Assembly: GCA_013416795.1 (NCBI GenBank)
Contig: RQSC01000027.1
Coordinates: forward strand, 248,001 to 312,000
Source of the DNA: Prasinococcaceae sp. CCMP 1430
Lineage: Eukaryota; Plantae; Prasinodermophyta
Direction of reading: 5' to 3'
Length of the DNA: 64,000 nucleotides
Positions 22,812 to 32,898 of the stretch are shown here, piece after piece. The notes under the pieces were generated by a model. It made no database searches, had not been told where the DNA came from, and saw nothing but the letters and a program-made list of their open reading frames with translations. Numbering within the stretch: position 1 is the first letter of the stretch; every line of letters starts with the position of its first letter. Made by a program: the position numbers and the translations under genes.

Positions 22812-24971
22812 ATGGCATCCGGGGGCAGGCCGCCAGCAGGAGGTGCGGGAACGCCGCCGCAAGGAGGCGACGGCGCGGCGGCCGGCGATGCGACGGCCTC
22901 GCCGATGTCGCCCGTCGATCTCGAGAACGCGCTGAGCGTCGCGCGTGCCGACACCGCCAAGGCGCGCTCCAAGCTTACGAGCGCCATCCGCAAGGGCAAG
23001 TCGATCGAGAAAGAGCGCGACGAGCTGCGCACGCAGCTGGCGAGCGCGCGCGAGGCGCTCGAGGACACCGAGGCGAGGCTGGCCACGGCAGAGGCAGAGG
23101 TAACCGCGGGTGGGCCCTCCATCACCGCGGCGGCGCTTGAGGATCTGAGGGAGCAGGTCGCCGCGCTGCAAGCCAGCAGGGAGGCGGCCAGCGCCGCGCT
23201 CGCCAACGAGACCGCGGCGCGAGCGAGCAGCGAGGAGGCGCTCGCAGCTAAGACGGACAAGCTCAAGGCAGCCGTGCGCAAGGGCAAGGAGATGGAGCGC
23301 GAGCGCAATCTGCTGCGTGAGCAGCTGGAGGCGATAAGCGCCGCCGCTGCTGAGGGCACCGAGGAGGGCGACGGCGGCGGCGACGGCGACGGCGCCGCGG
23401 CGGCAGCCGCGGTCGCCAATGCGGCCGCGCTCGCGAGCGCGAAGGAGGACGCTCGCAAGCTCCATGCGGAGCTGGAGGCCGCGCGGTCCAAGGCCGCCGA
23501 GCAGGCAGCAGCCGCAGCGGCGGCCGCCGAGGCAGAGCGCGAGGCGCTGAACGAGCAGCTCGCGGATCTCAAGCGCCAAGCGGCGAAGGCTGCGCTCGCT
23601 CAGGCATCCCAGGCGGTGGACGACAAGAGCGAGGTGAAGGGCCTGCTTGAGCGCGCGGAGGATGCAGAGGCGGCACTGGCGGACGCCCGCGCGGAGAACG
23701 CGAAGCAGGAGGAGGAGCACGCCGCGGAGCTTTCTAAGGCGTCCAAGGAGGCCTCGCTGGCCGCAGAGGAGCAAGCCCGCGCGGAAGCTGACGCACGCGC
23801 CGCGCGCGCCGAGGTCGAGGCCGTCGAGTGGAAGCTGAAGGCCGCCGAGGCCGAGGCGCGCTCGGCCGCGGCCGCGCGCCAGCAGGTGGAGGAGGTGACG
23901 CATCTGCTGGAGGAAGCGAGGCGCGAGCGCGCCGAGCTGGAGGCTGCCGCCATGATCGGCGAGTCGCTCGCCGCCGACGCGAGCGAGGCGGGCAGCGAGG
24001 CGGCGCAGCGCAGCGAGCGCATGCTGCGCGACGCGCGCGAACAGCTGCAGGCGGCGCAGATGGACGCGGACACGCGGGCGGCGCAGCTCGAGCAGGCGAC
24101 CGCTGCGGCCGCGCGCGCCCACGCCGAGGCCGTCGCTGCGAAGGAAGAGGGCGGGGCCGCGCATGCTGATGCGCGCGCGGCGCGTGCACAGCTTGCAGTG
24201 GTCGAGGAGCAGTCAGAGCGCGACATCGCGGCCGCCGACCGCCGAGCGGGCGAGGCCGAGGCGCAACGGCGCCTGACGGAGGAACGCGTTGAGGCGCAGG
24301 CTGCGCAGTTGTCGGCACTCAACGAGGAGCTCGCGTCGACGCGCGCCGAGCTCACCGCCGCACACTCGGCCGCGCGGGCTTCCGCCGCGGCAGAGATAGC
24401 TGAGGTGAACGCCGAGGCCGAGGAGATGCGCGCTCGGCTGCGTGCGGCCGAGGAGCGTCTCGCGGCCTCCTCTGAGCGAGTGTCGCGTGGCGAGGCGCGC
24501 CTTGCCGAGGAGATGGCGGCGAGGGAAGCCGCCGAAGAGGCTGCGCAGTTGGCCAAGAGAGGCGGTGGTGGCGGCGGTCTGGAACGCATGGAGGCGCTTC
24601 TCGAGGGCGGAGGCTCTGGCACGGACGCCACTACTATGGCCCTGCGCGCTGAGGTGCGGTCGCAGCGCGCGCGGATGGCGCAGCTCGAAGGTGAGAATCG
24701 AACGCTGCAGCTCCGAGTTTCGAGCGGGGGCGTTGGTGCCGCAGGCATGAAAGCGGGCGGTGGCTTTCGTGGCCTCGTGGGCGGCGAGAAGGGGCGTGGC
24801 ATCTGGCGTCCGCGCGTGTGGCTCGTGTGCTATTTGGTCCTCCTACACGTGTGGCTCATGTACCACATCAGGAGGAGCTCACACGGCGTGTGGTCGGAGA
24901 CAAGCCTCTTATCGGCAGGAGACGCGCACTCGTTGCCGGGATGGGAAGGTCATGAAGCCAAGCTCCCCTAA
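22812..24971 (+). CDS. Tail-anchored golgin-like coiled-coil protein (TNO1-like)
   Basis: Long Ala/Glu heptad region, two KLxxA(I/V)RKGK motifs, and a C-terminal RPRVWLVCYLVLLHVWLMY hydrophobic helix. Confidence 0.7.
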   Translation: MASGGRPPAGGAGTPPQGGDGAAAGDATASPMSPVDLENALSVARADTAKARSKLTSAIRKGKSIEKERDELRTQLASAREALEDTEARLATAEAEVTAGGPSITAAALEDLREQVAALQASREAASAALANETAARASSEEALAAKTDKLKAAVRKGKEMERERNLLREQLEAISAAAAEGTEEGDGGGDGDGAAAAAAVANAAALASAKEDARKLHAELEAARSKAAEQAAAAAAAAEAEREALNEQLADLKRQAAKAALAQASQAVDDKSEVKGLLERAEDAEAALADARAENAKQEEEHAAELSKASKEASLAAEEQARAEADARAARAEVEAVEWKLKAAEAEARSAAAARQQVEEVTHLLEEARRERAELEAAAMIGESLAADASEAGSEAAQRSERMLRDAREQLQAAQMDADTRAAQLEQATAAAARAHAEAVAAKEEGGAAHADARAARAQLAVVEEQSERDIAAADRRAGEAEAQRRLTEERVEAQAAQLSALNEELASTRAELTAAHSAARASAAAEIAEVNAEAEEMRARLRAAEERLAASSERVSRGEARLAEEMAAREAAEEAAQLAKRGGGGGGLERMEALLEGGGSGTDATTMALRAEVRSQRARMAQLEGENRTLQLRVSSGGVGAAGMKAGGGFRGLVGGEKGRGIWRPRVWLVCYLVLLHVWLMYHIRRSSHGVWSETSLLSAGDAHSLPGWEGHEAKLP

Positions 24972-25079
24972 TAAATAAATGGAGGTTTCTGTTGGGGATT
25001 GCTGTACAATAGTAGCTGCTCTACTACAACTCTAGCTAGTTAGTCACTAGTCAGCGCGCCACGGCCCGCAGGCGATCCT

Positions 25080-25937
25080 TCAGCGACCGAGGCGAGAAAC
25101 GAGCAACAGGCATGCGTACAACAGCACTACCGCTGCGGAGGGGCTTAGCCCACTGCGCGCAAAGAGGGTTCGCAGAGCTATCACCGCACGTTCGCCGTAC
25201 CCCACCTGCTGTGCCCCTTCGCTCGACAACGCTGCCCGATGCGCGCTCTCAGCTTTGCGAGTGCCCCCGCCAGAACCCGTATCAAAGAGAAGAACATGCG
25301 TCACTCTGCAGAGATCAGCATTAGAGACGACGTGGTACCCGTTCTCCACACGGTCGGCGCCATCCTGGACGAGCTCCACGACGAGCACAGGCGCTGCGCG
25401 GCGTGGAAGCGTGGCCGCCGCCGACCAGCCATCCACGGCTGCGGGCGTCGCGAATGAGAGGGCAGTCGTCAGGTGCTCCGCCAGATAGATGCCATCGCCG
25501 AATACCGACCCATTGCGCTCGAGGGTCTCGCGGCCGCTCGCGCTAATGAGGCCACCGCAGCGGAATATGGAGTGCAGACGCTCTGCCGCTGTGCCATGGT
25601 AGAGACGTCGCGTTCCGTTGCGCACCGCAGCAGCTGCGAACGCGCTCGAGCGCGCTGACCGCCCGCCCGCGTCGAGATCGACGCACATCACGGCGCACGG
25701 CCAGGTGCCGTCGACGCCACCTCCAGCGGCCGCACACTGCCGCCGCAGCCAATCCGGCAGCGCAGATGGCTCCGTCTCCATGTGGCACGCGCGCATCCTT
25801 GCCGCGCCAGTGTGTATGAACTCTGCGAGCGCCTCCCTGGCGTTGCCTGCAGCGCTGCCGACGCAGACATCTCTCCACTTCTCCGCACGTGGCAGCGCGT
25901 CGAGCTCTATGCATGCTGCTGCGAACCTATCCGCCAT
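25080..25937 (-). CDS. PARP16/ARTD15-like mono-ADP-ribosyltransferase with C-terminal membrane anchor
   Basis: LYHGTAAERLHSI, NGSVFGDGIYLAEHLTTALSFA and GYHVVSNADLCRVTHVLLF, then terminal AAVVLLYACLLLVS. Confidence 0.75.
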   Translation of the reverse strand: MADRFAAACIELDALPRAEKWRDVCVGSAAGNAREALAEFIHTGAARMRACHMETEPSALPDWLRRQCAAAGGGVDGTWPCAVMCVDLDAGGRSARSSAFAAAAVRNGTRRLYHGTAAERLHSIFRCGGLISASGRETLERNGSVFGDGIYLAEHLTTALSFATPAAVDGWSAAATLPRRAAPVLVVELVQDGADRVENGYHVVSNADLCRVTHVLLFDTGSGGGTRKAESAHRAALSSEGAQQVGYGERAVIALRTLFARSGLSPSAAVVLLYACLLLVSRLGR

Positions 25938-26514
25938 GCCACCTAGCGCGCGCGGGAAGGGCGCGCAACAACTCGCCCGCCGCGGGCCTCGCGCCGCCCA
26001 CGCAAAGGCGTGCGCGCACAGCTCCACCTCTGCCGCTGCCGCGGAGCACCCGTTGCCGCGCCCCCCTGGCGGTGCCGGCGGGCGCGCAGCCATTGGCCCG
26101 GCGCCACTCGCGGGCGCTGCCGGCCGTCGCCGAGCTCGGAAGGCAGCCCCGCGCCGCCTCAGCGCGAGGCAGGACGCAGGCGCGGGTGCGCCGCCGAGCG
26201 CGCTCTGGCGCCAACACCCACTGCCCCTCACCCCCCACCCCCACCCCCATGCCACCACGCCTCCCCTTGGTCCCAGCCGGTGATGCAGCGCTGCGTGCAG
26301 CAGGCACAGGGGCATTCGCAAGTGTTTTGACCTCACGTCATGCGGAGTGAAGTGACAGAAGTGTTCCGAGGCCAAAACATTTGCGCGGCGCTAACTCGGA
26401 CAGCGCCAGCGCTGTCAACACTTTGCGCCGGCCGCCTGCCCGCGGCTCCCGCGCGGTGCCATACGTGCGCGCCCAGGTGCAGCCGGGCGGCGCCCGCCCT
26501 CCGACGGGGCGGGC

Positions 26515-28683
26515 ATGCCAGCGACCATGGGGCGGCATCGTTGTCGCGGTGCACTCGTCGTCGCGTCACTGTCGACGATGATGTTATTCGCGGCGGATCC
26601 CGTCGCACTGAGGGGTGCCGCGGCGGCCACGGGTGCTGTAGGCGCGGCCGGTGCGGGGGGCGACGACGCGCTGGCTGGTGTGCACTCGTATCCGCTCCTG
26701 CTCAACGCCCACGGCTGCAGTTCGAGCTCCTTTGCCCAGGCGACAATGCGGCGGCTCCTGGCACTGCACGGGCGCACCTGGCACAAGTCACCATGGGTTG
26801 ACGACGAGGCGTTCCGTGCAGCGAAGAACCACTGGGTCCAAGAGGAGGCGCGGCACTTGCCAATGGCAGACGCGTACCGGACTGGCATGACGCGCATGCT
26901 CGACGAGACGAGGTCGTCGGGGCTGTGGGTGATCACCAAACTTACCGACTCACAGTGCTGGCAGTGCGACAAGGCCGGGGCCTACAAGGACGTGGTACGA
27001 AAGTTCGTCGAGCGAGGCGCGAAGGTGGTATCAGTCTGGCGCTCTAACATCTTGGACTACGAAGCGTGCAAAAGACACGACTGTTTCACGGACCAGGGGA
27101 GTTTGCGCTGGAAGGACAATGGCACCGACGCCACGAAGGCGGTGTGCGGCAAGGCGAGCGATTGGGTGCTGCGGTCATATAGCAGCAAGAACGGGAGCGC
27201 CCCCTCTTTTAGCGACAAGAGGCACGCACGCCGCCAGCTCACGGTCGTGGGCTTGAATCCCAAGACAGTCGCGGCGACGCTTGCAAGGGGCCTCGGCCTA
27301 GGTCAATACCAGGCTCGCGCGCTCCGTGCGCTCGGCTTCAAGAACTTCGAGACGATCGCTGTGGAGTCGCTGGCAGCCTTTGAGGATAGCTGCGAGGAGC
27401 TGGAACATAGCGTCGCGGCGTGGATCAAGCTGCTACAGTCGCTGGGAGTTGATCCCGTCAACGCAACGGCAGTGCGCGAGGACCTAAGACCTCAGTGCGG
27501 TACGCGGCCGCTTAAGCCACACAGCAGCGTGCTATACGACTACGAGAGAGTCGCGGCGGCCATACGTGCGTCTCCCAACCCGCAGGTCAGGGCCATGCTG
27601 CGCGAGCCCGCGCCGGCGCCAGCGCAGGCGCGAAACGATGCGGAGGTCGACGCACCTATCGTCGTTGGCAGTGGACAAAGCACTGGCACAGCAGGAGTGG
27701 CTGCGGGGGGCAACGACGTGCCTGCAGGAGTTGGCCCGCACCCCCTTCTAATCAGCGCCACCGGATGCAGCTCGAGCACGTGGACGGAGGCCATCACCCG
27801 GAGATTGGTGGCCGCGCATGGCCGCAAGCCAGCCTTTGTACCTAAGGAGGCATTCAAGACCGAGCAGAATCGCTGGGTGCGGGAGGAGGCGGCCAAACTG
27901 CCGCTGCCGGAGGCTTATCGTGCAGGCATGAAGCGCATGCTGGACGAGGAGGGTCGGGCAGGACGATCAATAGTTACGAAGCTCACGCCGTGCTGCACCA
28001 CATCCAACTGCAACAAGGCGTGCAACAGTAATCGGGCCTACGAGCGCGTTGTACGCGACTTCGTCCGTCGTGGATCTCGTGTGGTGAGCGTGTGGCGATC
28101 AAACATCCTTGACTTTGAAATTTGCAAAGTGCACGACTGTTTTCAGCAGTGCAAGGGGTGCCTCCGCTGGAAGGGCAATGGGACCGACGCGACTCACGCC
28201 GTCTGTGATGACAAGGCCAGCTACTGGGCTCTCAAATCGTACAGTAGCGATGGGGTGAGCAAGCCAACCTTCATGGATAAGCGACGTGCTCGCCGCGAGC
28301 TCACCACTGTCAGCCTCAAGCGCGACCCCAAAAAAATCGCGACGATGCTGGCGAAGGGCTTGCAACGAGGTCGGGAGCAGGCTCGCATGCTCCACTGGCT
28401 CGGCTTTAAGAACTTCGAGACAATCGCTGTTGAGGACCTCGCGGCGTTCGAGCACAGCTGTGACAAGATCGAGCACAGCGTCGCAGCCTGGGCCAGGCTC
28501 CTCAGGTCGCTCGGAATAGAGCCCGTCAACAAGACAGCAGTGCGCGAGAACCTCATGGCTCATGATGGCTGCGGCGAGAGGCCGCTGGAGAAGCATTCGA
28601 GCTTGCTGTACGACTACGAGAGGGTCGCTGCGGCCGTACGCGCGTCGCCCAACGCGCAGGTCAGGGCCATGCTGCGCGACTGA
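26515..28683 (+). CDS. Type II membrane/secreted protein with two tandem ~310-aa domains of probable sulfotransferase-like fold
   Basis: N-terminal hydrophobic segment. Two homologous halves share PLL..A.GCSSS, VVSVWRSNILD, FKNFETIAVE.LAAFE and YDYERVAAA.RASPN.QVRAMLR. N-glycosylation sequons are present. The fold assignment is inference. Confidence 0.7.
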   Translation: MPATMGRHRCRGALVVASLSTMMLFAADPVALRGAAAATGAVGAAGAGGDDALAGVHSYPLLLNAHGCSSSSFAQATMRRLLALHGRTWHKSPWVDDEAFRAAKNHWVQEEARHLPMADAYRTGMTRMLDETRSSGLWVITKLTDSQCWQCDKAGAYKDVVRKFVERGAKVVSVWRSNILDYEACKRHDCFTDQGSLRWKDNGTDATKAVCGKASDWVLRSYSSKNGSAPSFSDKRHARRQLTVVGLNPKTVAATLARGLGLGQYQARALRALGFKNFETIAVESLAAFEDSCEELEHSVAAWIKLLQSLGVDPVNATAVREDLRPQCGTRPLKPHSSVLYDYERVAAAIRASPNPQVRAMLREPAPAPAQARNDAEVDAPIVVGSGQSTGTAGVAAGGNDVPAGVGPHPLLISATGCSSSTWTEAITRRLVAAHGRKPAFVPKEAFKTEQNRWVREEAAKLPLPEAYRAGMKRMLDEEGRAGRSIVTKLTPCCTTSNCNKACNSNRAYERVVRDFVRRGSRVVSVWRSNILDFEICKVHDCFQQCKGCLRWKGNGTDATHAVCDDKASYWALKSYSSDGVSKPTFMDKRRARRELTTVSLKRDPKKIATMLAKGLQRGREQARMLHWLGFKNFETIAVEDLAAFEHSCDKIEHSVAAWARLLRSLGIEPVNKTAVRENLMAHDGCGERPLEKHSSLLYDYERVAAAVRASPNAQVRAMLRD

Positions 28684-28958
28684 GCTGCCACCGGGCGGAG
28701 TGGTGCTGGTCTGCGTACAGGACAGTGTGCAGCATGGGCGCCCACTCACTTCAATAGGGTCGCCCCGCGCGGGCGGTGAGAGCGCCTTTTCGTGGCTTCG
28801 AACCCCGCGTATGAACCCTGTTGTGAAACAAAAAAGCTCCACCGAAACCTCCCGCGGACACGCATGCATTCTCGGCTGGCAGCTGCCGAGTGTCCGCACG
28901 CATACGAAATTTCGGGCGCGCGCGCGCGCGACGCTCGTCCCGCCACAAGGGGCGCTCG

Positions 28959-28982
28959 CCCCCCCCCCCCCCCCCCCCCCCC
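28959..28982. repeat. Poly-C homopolymer upstream of GCP5
   Basis: Run of about 24 C read directly. Confidence 0.85.
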
Positions 28983-29054
28983 TCGCAAGGCGAGGGCGGG
29001 GACGGGCGCGCTCTAGGAGGTTGTTCACACGCCCGCGGCCGAGGATACTGGGAC

Positions 29055-32000
29055 ATGGCCACGGTAGACCTTGGCGCAGGCGCGAGTGGCTGGTCCGCGG
29101 AGCGCAGAGCGCGCGTGCGCGCGCTCGTCGGAGCGCTGGTTGAGAGGCTCACGGGGCTCGGCGGGGCACCTGAGCGGGGCGGCGTAGCGGATGCGGACGC
29201 CGAGGAGAACCGCGCGACCGCCGTGGCGTTCGTCGAGGGGAATCTCAGGCACCACACGTTCCTGGATGTCAACCCCTCGCAGCTCGGGAGGAAGTATGGC
29301 GCGCTCGAGGAGCGCTTCCGCAGGCGCGCGCAGCTGCGCAAGGCCGAGGCGCTGCGCGCGCTCGCAGGGAGGCTCTCGCGCACGCCGTCGCCCGAGCAGG
29401 AGCCAGAGGCGAACTACGCGGTCCTGAGCGCGCTCCTGGCACTCGCGAACGAGCCACTCAAGTCCGAGGACGCCTACCCGCCAGAAGGGTGGGACACCAC
29501 AGCCGCTCAGCGCTGGGAGGCCGATCCGGGCCGTCAAGGAGGGGCCAACGCGTTCGGCGAGTTCGACGGACCGCTGGGAGCTACGCTCGGCGACGGGCCG
29601 CGTGCCGCGGTGGACGTCGACGTCGACGACGACGCAGGGTCGATGGGAAGCTGGCACTACTCGGAGCTGAGCGGGGAGGAGGACCTGTCCGACTGGAGCG
29701 AAGACGAGCCACAGAGCGAAGAGGTTGAGCGATGGAGGCGGCGGCGCGAGGAGGAGATCGCCTCGGCCGCGGCCGAGGCGCGCGCGAGACAGGAAGCCCA
29801 GCAGACGGAGGGGCAGGTGGGTAATGAGAGAGGGGACGGCCGTGCTGCGGCGTGTGATTTTGGAGGGCGGCTGTTGGGCGCCACGGTCGATGACGACAGC
29901 GAGGCGGGCACGCCGCAACGTGAGAGACGGAGGCAGCCACAGACAGTGCTTGAAGCAACCCTCGCGCAAAGCGATCCCGGCCTAAGCACCGAGCCGACGC
30001 ACACGGAACTGGAGCTCGTTCGCCAGATCGTCGCGATGGTGCGCTACGGTGCAGTCGGGGGCGCTTTCTTACTCGCAGATGCGGGCGCAGACGTGGGGAA
30101 CATGGCGAGGACGCGTTTCGTGCTCGCGCCGATGGTGCAGGTGTCGCACCTGTCGCGTACGGCGCTGCGATCTGCCGTCGAGCCGCTGCTGGACATTGCC
30201 ACAGCCTTGCTGAAGCTGAGGAGGGTATCTAGTGCATGCGCCGCGCCTGCACGAGGAGGCGCCCGGGCGATACCTACCGCGGCAGCCATGGGCGGGGCGC
30301 TGCGGCGCGCGCTGGACGCGGCGCTGGCGCCAACAGAGGGCATCGAGGTTACGGCAATGTGTAGCGCTGAGGACGGCGGCACTGACCTATGCTCGTGCAC
30401 GCTGGCGTGGTTGAGCACGTCCATGGCCGACGCTGGGCTTCCATCCGCAGTGTGCGCGCTTGAAGCTGCCGTTTCGGCTGCCCGCCTGTATGAACTGTGT
30501 GGGATGAGCAAGGTGCGGGGCTCCGTCCGTGCTGACGCCGTGGAGGTGGCACGCAGCCTGTCAGGATTGTACGCACAGGCTGAGCGAGAGTGGGCCGCGG
30601 GACAGCCGCCAGACGAGGCATACGCGATGCCCATGCTCATCGACGCGCTCCATCCCTATGCCGAGAGTCTGAGCGCGTGGCTGCACGAGGGGAACACCGA
30701 ACCGGGTGAGACTCAGGGGGCGTTCGTGCGCGACGCTGGCGCTGTGGAGAAATCGCGCTTTTGGGCGGACAGGTACTCGATCGATGAGGAGCTGTGCCCG
30801 TCCTTCTTGCGACAGTCGGCTGCGGCGATTCTGGAGGCTGGTAAGTCTCTGCGTCTCCTCAGGGACGCTGGTCCGAAGTTGGACGAGGTTGGATCGGCGT
30901 GCGGAGCTGGTGGGGATTCGCCACGCGCCGAAGCAGGCGCGAGCAGCCCGCGCTCAACGCTCGTGTACTCGGCTGCAACGAGTGCGGCAGAGACAGATGA
31001 GATCGTCGCGCTGGCCGAGGCTGTCACCGAGCGGCCTGCCTCTCTGTCTGACCGCATGCGCGCGGGCACTGAGGACCTCGTCGCAGGCTCGCTGGCCGCG
31101 CGCGAACGCGCGCCAGGGGATGCAAGTCTGCTCGAGCTCGGCCTTGATCCGAGCACGCTATGTGGTGTCGCTCGTGATCCCGCAGATGGCGCCGCGGAGG
31201 GGGAGGACGCACGCGCGGGCGCTCGCGTGCCTGCCGCCCCCGCGTCCGCCTCGGCCCCGCGTTCGGCGACGCAGCTTGGACTCGATATCTTGCGGGGGGA
31301 CGCACTGCTCGCCTCGGATGCGACGCGCGCGCCGTGGCAATCATCAGAGGTCCCGTCAGGAGCCGCCTCTGGTGGGTCGTACGGCGTGGGCGCGCACGCT
31401 GGCGTGGCCGCGTCTTCCTCAGCCGCCGCTGCATTGGCACTCTCCGCCGGTGTGGCAAAGTCGCTCGAAGTACCCGAGCCGTCCGAACGAGTGGAATCGA
31501 TGGCTGCGTCGGGAGCGGTGCGGGCTGCGCTGGTGGCTTCGCCACCGTCCGCGGTGCTCGCCGCATCCCTGCTGGATCCTGTCACCGAGCGGTGCGAAGA
31601 GATCGCCGCAAAGGTGTGCGCAGTGGCACGGACCGTGTGGAAGCTGCCCGAGACGCTGGCGTCTCTCCGTGCAGTGTACCTGTGCGCGGCCGGTGACGCG
31701 ATCCACGCATTTGCGTCTACGGAACTTTTTGACCGCATCGCCAAGCCCGCGGCTATCGACGACGAGAGCGCGCTGAGCGCCTCTCTGTCTGCTGCGCTGG
31801 CAGATTCGTGCCATGCTGAAGCGCGCGACGCTGCCGACGCAGTTCGCGTCCGCGTGCTTGGCGCTGGCGGCGCTCGCACGCGTGGCGCCCCTGCCATCGC
31901 GCGAGACGGTGGCCTCGACGCTATCTCCTCTCTTAGGGTCGACTTCGACGTCGCGTGGCCAGCGAACATTGTGGTAGACGCAGCTGCTCTGTCGCAGTAC

Positions 32001-32594
32001 AATGCGGTCCTGCGCCTCATGCTGCAGCTCAAGCACGCGCATAGCTCCCTCGCGGCCGTGCCAATATGTGCTGGAGAAGCTGCCGCCGAGGAAGACGCTG
32101 CTGCGGCGGCGGCGGGGCGGCGCGTGGCTGTGCTGCGCGCGAAGCTGCTGAATTTTGTATCCGCCCTGCGCTCGCACGTCATGCACCGCTCGCTGGACGG
32201 CTGCTGGCACATGCTCCAGAGCGCGATGGCCGCGGCGACTTCGCTGGAGGAGATGTGCGCGGCGCATCGTGCGTATCTGCACGCCCTTTCCCGGCAGTGC
32301 ATGATTGCGCCTGACAAGTTCTGGTCGCTGGTGTCTGAGCGCGTGCAGTCGGCATTGAGCGCTGTGCTTGCCTTCACGGCCGCGGCGGGGACGCTGTCTG
32401 ACGGGTACTGCTCGGCTGCTGAGGTCAGGCGAGCAATGGCAGCCGTCGAGAAGGCTGAACGCGCTTTTGACGAGTCGGTGCGCTTCCTCATCCAGGTACT
32501 GAACGCCAAGCTCAAGGTGGGCACATTTCCCGCCCTCGCGGAGCTGCGCGGTTCCCTGGACTTCAACGGCTTTCATGGCTCGCGCATTGGATGA
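29055..32594 (+). CDS. GCP5: Gamma-tubulin complex component 5
   Basis: GCP5-type N-terminus NLRHHTFLDVN...EERF...KAEAL...NYAVLSALLALA, acidic EDLSDWSEDE, and GRIP2-like LRAVYLCAAGD...VDFDVAWPANIVV...QYNAVLRLMLQLKHA. Confidence 0.85.
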   Translation: MATVDLGAGASGWSAERRARVRALVGALVERLTGLGGAPERGGVADADAEENRATAVAFVEGNLRHHTFLDVNPSQLGRKYGALEERFRRRAQLRKAEALRALAGRLSRTPSPEQEPEANYAVLSALLALANEPLKSEDAYPPEGWDTTAAQRWEADPGRQGGANAFGEFDGPLGATLGDGPRAAVDVDVDDDAGSMGSWHYSELSGEEDLSDWSEDEPQSEEVERWRRRREEEIASAAAEARARQEAQQTEGQVGNERGDGRAAACDFGGRLLGATVDDDSEAGTPQRERRRQPQTVLEATLAQSDPGLSTEPTHTELELVRQIVAMVRYGAVGGAFLLADAGADVGNMARTRFVLAPMVQVSHLSRTALRSAVEPLLDIATALLKLRRVSSACAAPARGGARAIPTAAAMGGALRRALDAALAPTEGIEVTAMCSAEDGGTDLCSCTLAWLSTSMADAGLPSAVCALEAAVSAARLYELCGMSKVRGSVRADAVEVARSLSGLYAQAEREWAAGQPPDEAYAMPMLIDALHPYAESLSAWLHEGNTEPGETQGAFVRDAGAVEKSRFWADRYSIDEELCPSFLRQSAAAILEAGKSLRLLRDAGPKLDEVGSACGAGGDSPRAEAGASSPRSTLVYSAATSAAETDEIVALAEAVTERPASLSDRMRAGTEDLVAGSLAARERAPGDASLLELGLDPSTLCGVARDPADGAAEGEDARAGARVPAAPASASAPRSATQLGLDILRGDALLASDATRAPWQSSEVPSGAASGGSYGVGAHAGVAASSSAAAALALSAGVAKSLEVPEPSERVESMAASGAVRAALVASPPSAVLAASLLDPVTERCEEIAAKVCAVARTVWKLPETLASLRAVYLCAAGDAIHAFASTELFDRIAKPAAIDDESALSASLSAALADSCHAEARDAADAVRVRVLGAGGARTRGAPAIARDGGLDAISSLRVDFDVAWPANIVVDAAALSQYNAVLRLMLQLKHAHSSLAAVPICAGEAAAEEDAAAAAAGRRVAVLRAKLLNFVSALRSHVMHRSLDGCWHMLQSAMAAATSLEEMCAAHRAYLHALSRQCMIAPDKFWSLVSERVQSALSAVLAFTAAAGTLSDGYCSAAEVRRAMAAVEKAERAFDESVRFLIQVLNAKLKVGTFPALAELRGSLDFNGFHGSRIG

Positions 32595-32898
32595 CCCACT
32601 GTAAAACTGTCGCTCTTACAGGTGTGTACTGTACTTTGAAGAAACGCTGTCAGAGCCGCAAAGGGGGGGTGCGCGTGTGACTTGCTGCGCATCTCCCGCG
32701 TGTCTCATTCGGTGAGGCAGAGGGCAGAGCCATGCCCCTCAGTTAGCTGCATTCTCGCACACGTAGGTCTTTCGACGCCTCCGACAATCTCAACGGTGTC
32801 TCCCGCGGCTGGCGAGCGACGTAGCGTCCGTCGCGCAGGGTCCCTTCGCACGCGTCGCCAGCAATGCGGGTTCCAAGCTTGGGAGGCAAAGGGGTCGC

